Of a stretch of 64,000 bases of DNA, positions 56,325 through 64,000 are shown one piece after another (the stretch's first letter is position 1; each line of letters opens with the position of its first letter). A program made the translations under genes and the position numbers. This DNA is from an uncultured bacterium (GTDB lineage: Bacteria > Patescibacteriota > Minisyncoccia > Phycocordibacterales > PALSA-1337), in contig OY969557.1 in NCBI GenBank assembly GCA_963701025.1, positions 737,953 through 801,952 on the forward strand, given 5' to 3'. The notes beneath the pieces are model-generated. The model did not search any database. It saw nothing but the letters and a program-made list of their open reading frames with translations, and was not told the DNA's origin.

Positions 56325-57695
56325 ATGTTCAAACAGCGCGTCAAAGCCGTCTATGTGGTCATATTCGCCCTCCTAGTCGGCTTTTTCGTTTATGCCTCGC
56401 AGACTCCCGGATCGTGGGCAGGCTTCCGCCCATTTCGCCTCGGCCTCGACCTCTCCGGCGGCACGCATCTGGTCTATTCGGCTGACGTATCCAAGCTGGC
56501 TTCATCCGATATATCCGATTCCATGGCCTCGCTCCGAGACGTCGTCGAGCGCCGGGTGAACGCTCTCGGCGTCTCCGAGCCCCTGGTCCAGACCCAGGTC
56601 GGCGGCTCCCTCTCGAGCGGCGCCGGCGCCTACAAGCTCATCGTCGAGCTTCCGGGCGTGACCGACGTCGATCAGGCCGTTCAGGAGATCGGCGCCACGC
56701 CGGTCCTCGACTTTCGCTTGGCCACGGCCGCCGAAGTCAAGGCATTCGAGGCTTCGACCACGGTCATCGATGAGTCAACCACCACCCAGGCCGCCGGATA
56801 TGCCTCTATGTTCAAGGACACCGGTCTCACTGGTCGTATGGTCAGCCGTGCCAGCGTCATCTTCGACCAGACCACCGGCGCGCCGCAGGTCGGCCTCAAC
56901 TTCACCAGCCAGGGCGCGGCCCTTTTCGCTTCGACCACGGCCAACAACATAGGCAACTACATCGGCATATTCCTCGACGGCACCCTCATCTCCGCCCCGG
57001 TGGTCCAAGCCGCCATCACCGGCGGACAAGCCCAGATCACCGGCACCTTCACTCTTCCCGAAGTCCAAACCCTCGTCCGCGACCTCAATTTCGGCGCTCT
57101 GCCCGTGCCCATATCGCTCCTATCCACCGAGACCATCGGTCCTACTCTCGGACAGGAGGCCGTCCATGGCGGCATATACGCCGGTCTGGTGGCATTCGTC
57201 ATCATCGCCCTCTTCCTCATCGCCTGGTACCGCCTGCCGGGCTTGGTGGCCGTCGTGGCTCTTCTCGTCTATACCGCGCTCATGCTCGCTCTCTTCAAGC
57301 TCATTCCCGTCACTCTCTCGGCCGCTGGCATCGCCGGCTTCATCATCACCATCGGCATGGCCGTCGATGCCAACATCCTCATCTTCGAGCGCATGAAGGA
57401 GGAGCTCCGCGCCGGCCGCGGCATATCAGACGCCATGCACGAGGGCTTCGCCCGAGCCTGGACCTCCATCCGGGATTCCAATATCTCGTCTATCATCACC
57501 GGCGCCATCCTCTACTATTTCGGCTCGACCGCCATCATCACCGGCTTCGCCTTGGTCTTCGTCATCGGCGTCTTGGTGTCCATGTTCACCGCCATCACCG
57601 CGTCACGCCTGTTCCTGTACGCCGTGGCTCCGTCGAAGACGACAAAGTTGAGCACATTCCTTATCAGCAACGGGTTTAGAAAATTTAAAAATTAA
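56325..57695 (+). CDS. secD: Protein translocase subunit SecD
   Basis: The conserved C-terminal TM bundle 'IIALFLIAWYRLPGLVAVVALL...AGIAGFIITIGMAVDANILIFERMKEE' and the periplasmic P1 domain. Confidence 0.9.
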   Translation: MFKQRVKAVYVVIFALLVGFFVYASQTPGSWAGFRPFRLGLDLSGGTHLVYSADVSKLASSDISDSMASLRDVVERRVNALGVSEPLVQTQVGGSLSSGAGAYKLIVELPGVTDVDQAVQEIGATPVLDFRLATAAEVKAFEASTTVIDESTTTQAAGYASMFKDTGLTGRMVSRASVIFDQTTGAPQVGLNFTSQGAALFASTTANNIGNYIGIFLDGTLISAPVVQAAITGGQAQITGTFTLPEVQTLVRDLNFGALPVPISLLSTETIGPTLGQEAVHGGIYAGLVAFVIIALFLIAWYRLPGLVAVVALLVYTALMLALFKLIPVTLSAAGIAGFIITIGMAVDANILIFERMKEELRAGRGISDAMHEGFARAWTSIRDSNISSIITGAILYYFGSTAIITGFALVFVIGVLVSMFTAITASRLFLYAVAPSKTTKLSTFLISNGFRKFKN

Positions 57696-57700
57696 CTACA

Positions 57701-58669
57701 ATGTGGGTCATCAATAACAGAAAATACCTCTACGCGTTTACCGGCATCCTCGTGCTTATTTCCCTTGCCTCGCTCGCCGTCTGGGGTTTGAAGCCCGGCA
57801 TCGATTTCGCCGGAGGCACCCTCATAGAGATATCATATTCCGCCGCGGCCACCAGCACCCCGACCCAATCGGCCATAACCGCCGCTCTCGTCTCCATCGA
57901 TTCCGCGGTTTCCGTCCGTCCGTCAGGCACATCAGGCACGACCGCTTCCTCGGGCTCGGCCGGTTCTCCCGCCTCTACCGGATACATCATCCGCATGAAG
58001 GCCATAGACCAGACGGAGAAAGCCGCCGTCATGAGCGCTCTCTCCTTCGGCGGCGCCGCGCCATCCATAGACAGCTTCGATTCCATCGGTCCCGTCCTCG
58101 GCGCAGAGGCCCTGCGCCGCGCGGTCGTCTCCATCATCCTGGTCATCCTCGGCATCGTCCTCTACATCACTTTCGCTTTCCGCAAGGTCTCCGAGCCCGT
58201 AAAATCATGGAAATACGGCCTGATCGCCATCGCTTCCCTGGTCCACGACATCATCATACCCCTCGGCGCCTTTTCCATTCTCGGTCATTACGCCGGCTAT
58301 GAGGTGGACACCCTATTCGTCACGGCGCTCCTCGTCATCCTCGGCTTCTCCATTCACAATACTATCGTCGTCTTCGACCGCGTGCGCGAGAATCTCTCAC
58401 ACCTGCCTGTCGGTCAGGCGGGCGCCCGCGCCAGCAATACATTCGACGCCGTCGTCGGCCAGAGCGTCAATCAGACTCTGACCCGTTCCATCAATACGTC
58501 CTTGACCGTGCTCATAGCCCTTATCGCCCTTTATATCTTTGGCGGCTCATCTACCGAACACTTCACCTTGACCCTCATCATCGGCGTCGTCGCCGGAACG
58601 TATTCGTCCGTCTGCTTCGGCTCGTCCCTGCTCGTCACCATAGAGAAGTGTGGAAGGAAGGGGAAATAA
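57701..58669 (+). CDS. secF: Protein translocase subunit SecF
   Basis: 'ILGFSIHNTIVVFDRVREN' and the TM layout; it follows secD directly. Confidence 0.9.
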   Translation: MWVINNRKYLYAFTGILVLISLASLAVWGLKPGIDFAGGTLIEISYSAAATSTPTQSAITAALVSIDSAVSVRPSGTSGTTASSGSAGSPASTGYIIRMKAIDQTEKAAVMSALSFGGAAPSIDSFDSIGPVLGAEALRRAVVSIILVILGIVLYITFAFRKVSEPVKSWKYGLIAIASLVHDIIIPLGAFSILGHYAGYEVDTLFVTALLVILGFSIHNTIVVFDRVRENLSHLPVGQAGARASNTFDAVVGQSVNQTLTRSINTSLTVLIALIALYIFGGSSTEHFTLTLIIGVVAGTYSSVCFGSSLLVTIEKCGRKGK

Positions 58670-58681
58670 AAGCCAGCAAAT

Positions 58682-58709
58682 AAAAAAGACCCGCATATCC
58701 AGATGCGGG
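58682..58709 (-). terminator. Hairpin terminator between secF and the convergent gene
   Basis: A cccgcat...atgcggg hairpin with a T-run on the minus strand (AAAAAA on '+'). Confidence 0.5.
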
Positions 58710-58725
58710 CCTCGCGGGCAGTTCT

Positions 58726-59178
58726 TTAGGCGAATTCGCCTCTCGGAGGTTCCGGCTCCATGAAGCGGCGATGTACGGCATACAAGGGGTCGAACCCCAG
58801 AGGTCTCATGTATACGCCGCTATCCTCGAAGCCATTCTTCTCGAAGAATCGCACGTAGAAGAACGCGTTTTCCCCCAAGTCCTGCAGGAAGAATATGTCG
58901 CCAGTTTCGGTCTCGTACGGCCCGAAGAAGTATTCCAACATGTTCGGGCCGAAATCATGGACGTATCCGTCTTCTCGCGTCCATTTCCTAGTCTTCGGGT
59001 TCCATAACCTTCCTTCTGCCAGCTGGAGCTGCCGGATATGTCCCACAGGCCACCAGAGAGTGCCGATGACCTTTCCCACGAATATGTCTTTGCCGACATA
59101 CGGCACTTCAGCCATCATTCCATCCAGCCTGTACATATCGTCGCTTAGATCATTGAATGTGATCATTCTTTCGCTCAT
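58726..59178 (-). CDS. Hypothetical protein
   Basis: A 150-aa ORF, aromatic-rich, with no recognised family. Confidence 0.4.
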   Translation of the reverse strand: MSERMITFNDLSDDMYRLDGMMAEVPYVGKDIFVGKVIGTLWWPVGHIRQLQLAEGRLWNPKTRKWTREDGYVHDFGPNMLEYFFGPYETETGDIFFLQDLGENAFFYVRFFEKNGFEDSGVYMRPLGFDPLYAVHRRFMEPEPPRGEFA

Positions 59179-59292
59179 AAGTTACCTTGTCTCTTTATTT
59201 CAACCGTTTCCGCTAAGACTAACTCGGTATGGTGGGGGAGTCAATATCCGTTCATAATGCGCCGGTCTTTTGTCATGCTCCCTAATAAGCGA

Positions 59293-59324
59293 ATAAAAAG
59301 AGCCACTTGCACGTATGCGGCTCT
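59293..59324 (-). terminator. Rho-independent terminator downstream of purS
   Basis: An agagccac...gcggctct hairpin with a T-run on the minus strand. Confidence 0.5.
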
Positions 59325-59351
59325 CGACCTTCTCTCAAATTGAACGACGCG

Positions 59352-59615
59352 TCAGGCTGACAATTGTTTTACTTCGACCACTTTGAATTCCTCGACCACC
59401 AGATTGACGAGGAATTTATTGCACATGGCCGTGGCTTGCTCCTTGGCGTCGGTCTCGTTCGCGGCTTCGATCGTGAGGATGAAGCACCTGCCTATAGTGA
59501 CCTTCGAGACTATTTTGAATCCCAGATCATGGAGTCCGTGGAGGACGGGCCCTTCTTCCGGGTTCAAAACGGCAGGTTTCCTGAATGAATAGACCGTTAC
59601 TTGGAATTTCAGCAT
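59352..59615 (-). CDS. purS: PurS-like protein (the small subunit of phosphoribosylformylglycinamidine synthase), standing alone
   Basis: 'KFQVTVYSFRKPAVLNPEEGPVLHGLHDLGF...ANETDAKEQATAMCNKFLVNLVVEEFKV' matches the PurS fold signature. No purL or purQ lies nearby. Confidence 0.65.
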   Translation of the reverse strand: MLKFQVTVYSFRKPAVLNPEEGPVLHGLHDLGFKIVSKVTIGRCFILTIEAANETDAKEQATAMCNKFLVNLVVEEFKVVEVKQLSA

Positions 59616-59854
59616 ATATTTCCTTTTCGTTTTTTGCTGGACTGCCTATACATTACTCATTTCCAGTAAAATGGCAAGTATATAGATTTTTCTTGCCAAA
59701 AATAATGGTGAGAGTACAATTGTCCCATTGTACGTACAGCCAGTTAGCAGTTGGAGGTTGTGCGAAGCTAAAGAATCTAGGAATTAAGCCGTTTATCCGG
59801 GTATTTGTTTGTCCACAGAGTACCCGACTTATCAGTCTGAACAAAGGTATAATT

Positions 59855-60349
59855 ATGAACAATATGGCCTTATCATCGGTGCTTAGAGCGCAGAATATCG
59901 CCGAGTATTTTCTATGGAAAGGGCAGGTTGAAAAGGAGCCTGTCACCAATAAGAAGCTGCAAAAATTGCTTTACTATGCTCAGGCATGGTCACTTGTTAT
60001 GCGCGACAAAAAACTTTTTAATGATAAGATCGAAGCTTGGGTGCATGGTCCTGCTATACGCGAAGTATATTTGGAATACAAGAATTTTGGTTTCAATCCG
60101 ATCGAGAAGAAGATAAACGAGAAGACGATCGAGTCTGTGCCTGCTGATGTAAAGAAATTTCTGGATGAAGTATGGTCTGTCTATGGCAAACGCGATGCGG
60201 CGTATTTGGAACATCTCACTCATTCGGAAGAGCCGTGGCGAAAGGCTCGCGCGGGCGTTGAGCCTCACATAGGTTCAGAAAATGAGATCTCCTTGGAGAG
60301 CATGAAGGAATTCTATTCCTTGAAATTAGAAGAAGCCAAAAAGATCTAG
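59855..60349 (+). CDS. Panacea-domain (DUF4065, SocA-like) putative antitoxin (internal-Met start of the listed 254-aa ORF)
   Basis: 'KKLQKLLYYAQAWSLVMRDKKLFNDKIEAWVHGPAIREVYLEYKNFG' is the DUF4065/Panacea signature. An RBS-like AAAGG sits 9 nt upstream. The stretch upstream of this Met overlaps purS on the other strand. Confidence 0.6.
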   Translation: MNNMALSSVLRAQNIAEYFLWKGQVEKEPVTNKKLQKLLYYAQAWSLVMRDKKLFNDKIEAWVHGPAIREVYLEYKNFGFNPIEKKINEKTIESVPADVKKFLDEVWSVYGKRDAAYLEHLTHSEEPWRKARAGVEPHIGSENEISLESMKEFYSLKLEEAKKI

Positions 60350-60352
60350 TCC

Positions 60353-60823
60353 ATGGAGATTCCTGATTCCAATAATAAGGAGGCATCTCCTGACGCTGTA
60401 CCGAGCGCGGTTGCAGAATTGCCGCAGGCTGAAGAAGCGCCTGAAATATCGCCGTATAAAATTTCGTTCGCTGAATATAAAGGCAAAGAGTGCCAGATGG
60501 ATGGTATGACTGGATATAATGCGAAGGCTACCCTCATGATCTTGAGAGATGTCGGTGTTTACTATACAAGTGCAGAGAATTTCTGGTCCAAGACTTCCAT
60601 ACAAACGAAGCCGATAATCCGAGAAGGTGATTACAGGTTTCTCTATAAGGGTTTAGCCGAAGATTCAGAGCTAAAAGAAATAAAATACCAGCACGCACGT
60701 AAAGGCGTCGATATAAGATTATTCTTTTTTACTCTTGAAAAAGAAAGGACATTCTATTTAGTAGCTGCAAAACAAGATCATATTGATACCAGTAAAGGAG
60801 GTTTTCGTAGAAGAAATCGATAG
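60353..60823 (+). CDS. Uncharacterised partner of the Panacea protein; candidate toxin with a possibly RelE/ParE-like C-terminal region
   Basis: It starts 4 nt after the Panacea gene's stop. The C-terminal 'DIRLFFFTLEKERTFYLVAAKQDH' resembles the terminal strand pattern of RelE/ParE-fold toxins. The N-terminal 35 residues are acidic and low-complexity. Confidence 0.35.
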   Translation: MEIPDSNNKEASPDAVPSAVAELPQAEEAPEISPYKISFAEYKGKECQMDGMTGYNAKATLMILRDVGVYYTSAENFWSKTSIQTKPIIREGDYRFLYKGLAEDSELKEIKYQHARKGVDIRLFFFTLEKERTFYLVAAKQDHIDTSKGGFRRRNR

Positions 60824-60899
60824 TGCCATATTAAATCCGAGCGTAAGAAGATGGCTAAGTTATTCGTGGAGATTCGTGATAAAATAAATCATTGATTCC

Positions 60900-61230
60900 A
60901 TGCCCACCCCTCGCTCCAAGATCGTCGTCTATGTCCCTCTCACTCACGCCGATGCGGTGCGTGACGCCATCGGCGCGGCGGGCTCCGTCAGCTGACGGAG
61001 GAAAGCTGGGGAGGTATTCATATTGCATATTTTCGGTGCGCGGCGTCGGGCGATTCAAGCCAGAGAGAGGCGCCATGCCCCATATCGGCACGGTCGGCAA
61101 GCTGGAAGCGGTCGAGGAAGAGCGGATCGAAGTCACTTGTGAGGATGGCGCGGTCGAACACGTCATTGCCGCCATCAAGAAAGCGCATCCGTATGAGGAG
61201 GTGGCACTCGATGTGTATAAGCTGGAATAA
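60900..61230 (+). pseudogene. NIF3 (YqfO/YbgI) family C-terminal-domain remnant with a frameshift near 60975-60990
   Basis: Frame A reads 'MPTPRSKIVVYVPLTHADAVRDAIGAAGSVS*'. The next frame continues 'GKLGRYSYCIFSVRGVGRFKPERGAMPHIGTVGKLEAVEEERIEV...KKAHPYEEVALDVYKLE', matching the NIF3 C-terminal half. No N-terminal half is present. Confidence 0.45.
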
Positions 61231-61242
61231 AAACACCGCAAG

Positions 61243-61572
61243 CTATGCTTGCGGTGTCGAGCGATGAGTCGATCTGTTTCGACGGAAGTGTCCCTGGGTG
61301 GAGAAAGTGATTTGACCTCCATCGTTCACCAATCCTTCCCGCACCTCGTCGGAAGTGCGGATGATCTCGGAAGACCCGATCTTGCCGCCGACGGTGCCGA
61401 CCGTTCGGGTCAGGACCCACGTGTCCGTTTCCGGAACTGGCTCTTTGACCCTGAATCTTTCGCCGTCTATCGTGGCGTACTCGCCAGGCTTTATCGGTTT
61501 CGGACGCTTTAACTTGATGTCGACGCGCTTCAAAGCGGCAGCGATTTCGGCCTTATGACAAAATACTCCCAT
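61243..61572 (-). CDS. Hypothetical protein
   Basis: A 109-aa ORF, possibly a small OB/beta-barrel domain ('GEYATIDGERFRVKEPV'). Confidence 0.3.
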   Translation of the reverse strand: MGVFCHKAEIAAALKRVDIKLKRPKPIKPGEYATIDGERFRVKEPVPETDTWVLTRTVGTVGGKIGSSEIIRTSDEVREGLVNDGGQITFSTQGHFRRNRSTHRSTPQA

Positions 61573-61598
61573 TTGGCTGAAATGCTATACTATTTTCC

Positions 61599-61883
61599 AT
61601 GTCCGATCAACCCCAACATCAGTCCCACATCGATAAGCTGCGCGAAGAGCAACGCCGTCTCCGCGCGGAAGTGCGTGAGCGAACGGTCGGATACATCCTG
61701 GCCGCACTCGGCTTAGTGGCTGGACTAGCCTGGAACAATGCCGTCATGGCCCTCATCAAAGCGGTCTTTCCCGGCACAGGTTCCGGAGTCCTTGCCCAAT
61801 TCATATACGCTGTCGTCCTGACCGTTATCGTTGCTATTGCCGTCTATTATATATCCAAGTTCTTTGCCGCGAAGAAAAAGTAA
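61599..61883 (+). CDS. Hypothetical small membrane protein
   Basis: Two predicted TM helices after a charged N-terminal helix. Confidence 0.4.
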   Translation: MSDQPQHQSHIDKLREEQRRLRAEVRERTVGYILAALGLVAGLAWNNAVMALIKAVFPGTGSGVLAQFIYAVVLTVIVAIAVYYISKFFAAKKK

Positions 61884-61907
61884 ATAGTGAATCCCGGATC
61901 TATTTTT

Positions 61908-62294
61908 CTACTTAGCCTTTTCCCAAAGGCCTAAGGCGTTACCGTCGGGATCCGTGAAGTCAGCCATGAAGCCCCATTCGCCGATAGGATGCTTGGGGTT
62001 GGTCACGGTGCCGCCGGCCTTCTCGATGGCTTTGGCCGTTTCGTCTATGGAATCCGTCTCGATCACGACCGAAGGAGCGTCCTTCTTAGACTTGCGCTTA
62101 TAAAAGCCGCCGTTGATATTGCCCGGTTCGCTCGGACTGCCATCCTCTTTGGCCGGGCCGGCTGTGGCCATCAGGTACTCTCCGCCGTCCCCTTCGATGC
62201 TCATCTTCCAGCCGAAAGCCCTCTCATAGAACGCCTTGGACTGCCCGGCATCGGACATCGGTATCTCGAAATGCACTACTTTGTGTTTTGACAT
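61908..62294 (-). CDS. VOC-family (glyoxalase/bleomycin-resistance fold) protein
   Basis: 'HFEIPMSDAGQSKAFYERAFGW' and the C-terminal 'DPDGNALGLWE' are typical. Confidence 0.65.
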   Translation of the reverse strand: MSKHKVVHFEIPMSDAGQSKAFYERAFGWKMSIEGDGGEYLMATAGPAKEDGSPSEPGNINGGFYKRKSKKDAPSVVIETDSIDETAKAIEKAGGTVTNPKHPIGEWGFMADFTDPDGNALGLWEKAK

Positions 62295-62307
62295 ATGTTT
62301 ATTTAGA

Positions 62308-62460
62308 TTAAGCTATCGGATTCCTACCTTGTATGAGCCTGATGAGGATCATAATGATAGCGACAATGAGTAATATGTGTATGAACCAGCCTATAGTGTA
62401 AACGCCGACGACGCCTAATACCCACAAAACTATGAGAATTATAGCAATGGTCATTAACAT
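62308..62460 (-). CDS. lmo0937-family small membrane protein (~50 aa). It is absent from the ORF track because it is too short.
   Basis: Translating the minus strand gives 'MLMTIAIILIVLWVLGVVGVYTIGWFIHILLIVAIIMILIRLIQGRNPIA*'. That matches the conserved lmo0937/YjcZ-like signature (LWxxGxxG...H.LLV.AII...I.L.RGR). No clear SD sequence is present. Confidence 0.45.
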   Translation of the reverse strand: MLMTIAIILIVLWVLGVVGVYTIGWFIHILLIVAIIMILIRLIQGRNPIA

Positions 62461-62715
62461 GGTTTTTTGTTATTTATTGATTATTTTTTATTTTACCGCT
62501 TCTGCCCGTACGCAGACTGCCGTGCTTGTACTCTCTCACGGCTTCGGCTACCTCCTCTTTGGCTTTTGGTCCGTATTTTCGCATACGCCGTTAATGACGC
62601 ACGTGCACCCAAATCGTTACATCGTCCTCATTTTTTAAATCGATATCGGCGGTCAACTAAAATAAAAAGGAGCCACGGGGCCCCTCTAAGTACGGCATAT
62701 TGTTTTGTCCGGCGA

Positions 62716-63018
62716 TCAAACAGGAAAACTTCTCCGAAACTCCTCGATATAGGCGTGAGTGAGCGCAAGCCGCTGTTCGATCCTTACGGATCTGATCGCC
62801 TCGTCCGGATTCCTGGGCGGAGTGCAAGGAAATCCTTCGAACCAGACGGCGGACGTACGGCAAGCGCGGGCGAATATTCCCTCGTCCAAGTATATGCCAT
62901 CCACTTCGGCCAACATCGCTGAACATTTTTTCTGCACTTCGTGATCCTGGTCCGTTCTGGTCTGACCGGATCCCGTTGTCTTAGTCGGTATCATATTATG
63001 GCCCTCCACGGTTGTCAT
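62716..63018 (-). CDS. Hypothetical protein
   Basis: A 100-aa ORF just upstream of the 16S promoter. No recognised family. Confidence 0.3.
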   Translation of the reverse strand: MTTVEGHNMIPTKTTGSGQTRTDQDHEVQKKCSAMLAEVDGIYLDEGIFARACRTSAVWFEGFPCTPPRNPDEAIRSVRIEQRLALTHAYIEEFRRSFPV

Positions 63019-63084
63019 TTTTGCTTTGGTTGAACCGCTTTTTACTGTCTTTATATGCTATCTGACGATATTTGTCAATATAGC

Positions 63085-63112
63085 TTGACTTCCGTCCGCC
63101 GTGCTGTAAGAT
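63085..63112 (+). promoter_or_regulatory. Candidate rRNA promoter: TTGACT, 16-nt spacer, TAAGAT
   Basis: The -35 is at 63085-63090 and the -10 at 63107-63112, about 150 nt upstream of the 16S 5' end. Confidence 0.4.
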
Positions 63113-63260
63113 AGCACCTACGTCCCATAACAAGCTATAAACGCCTTGTTGAACGGGGCGGGGTCTTTGAAAATTGAAATATGAGAATAGTGCAAGTTTC
63201 CAAGCGAAACATAAAATAAAAAGTTAGCGCTTTCTATTTTGTTCCGTTCGCTTATAGTTA

Positions 63261-64000
<740 letters not shown>

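Noticed and set aside
62432-62926. Plus-strand ORFs 62432..62638 and 62467..62922
   Set aside because: They overlap the lmo0937-family gene and the 62716..63018 minus-strand ORF. They have no RBS and an aberrant composition (Cys/Arg/Leu-rich), so they are probably noise.

Overview
This 64-kb window looks like part of a small, gene-dense bacterial genome. Both strands are occupied, and many start/stop codons overlap on the 4-nt ATGA pattern. The large rRNAs are interrupted by self-splicing introns with a LAGLIDADG ORF. That organisation is reminiscent of Candidate Phyla Radiation / Patescibacteria genomes, but this is inference, not a database hit.

Housekeeping genes present:
- 3' end of glycyl-tRNA synthetase
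- metG and a TatD-family hydrolase
- rpsF-ssb-rpsR, efp, recA, ftsK
- rplJ-rplL, a RodA/FtsW homologue, secD-secF

The rRNA genes are unlinked on the same strand. 23S-5S sits at about 45.7-50.5 kb and 16S starts at 63.26 kb, with ~13 kb of protein genes between them.
- The 23S carries two group I introns, one encoding a LAGLIDADG endonuclease.
- It also carries a helix-45 intervening sequence bounded by a 20-bp stem. That insert encloses a complete tRNA-like cloverleaf.
- The 16S is interrupted at the universal 515F primer region.

Two glycan-biosynthesis clusters are present.
- The first is an ABC-transporter (Wzm/Wzt)-dependent cluster: a GT4 enzyme, a three-domain GT-A/GT-B/FkbM-methyltransferase, a two-domain GT2, a SAM methyltransferase and a secreted beta-helix/lipase-like protein.
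- Two paralogous AAA_14/DUF4143 ATPases are wedged around wzm in that cluster. Both carry the same palindromic motif upstream.
- The second cluster has a GT4, a polyprenyl-phosphate sugar phosphotransferase and an epimerase.

Other features:
- a surface-protein island of tandem paralogues with peptidoglycan-binding-like domains and Ig-like repeats, a class-A beta-lactamase-fold hydrolase and an O-antigen-ligase-like protein
- small accessory modules: HicB/HicA; a GHKL-ATPase + DUF4325/STAS-like overlapping pair next to recA; a Panacea (DUF4065) antitoxin with an uncharacterised partner; an NYN nuclease; a Bro-N/DinD-like gene directly upstream of 23S
- several repeat families: a G-tract palindromic element inserted in-frame in ftsK with a second copy upstream of rplJ, an ~70-nt intergenic repeat at two loci, a 20-nt duplicated extended -10 promoter cassette, and an AT-rich TTAGGTCAATTAG motif family at six intergenic sites
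- apparent frameshifts at three sites, affecting two surface-protein genes and a NIF3-like remnant; these may be sequencing errors or genuine pseudogenes

All domain and family assignments are recognised by eye from motifs. Nothing was searched against a database.
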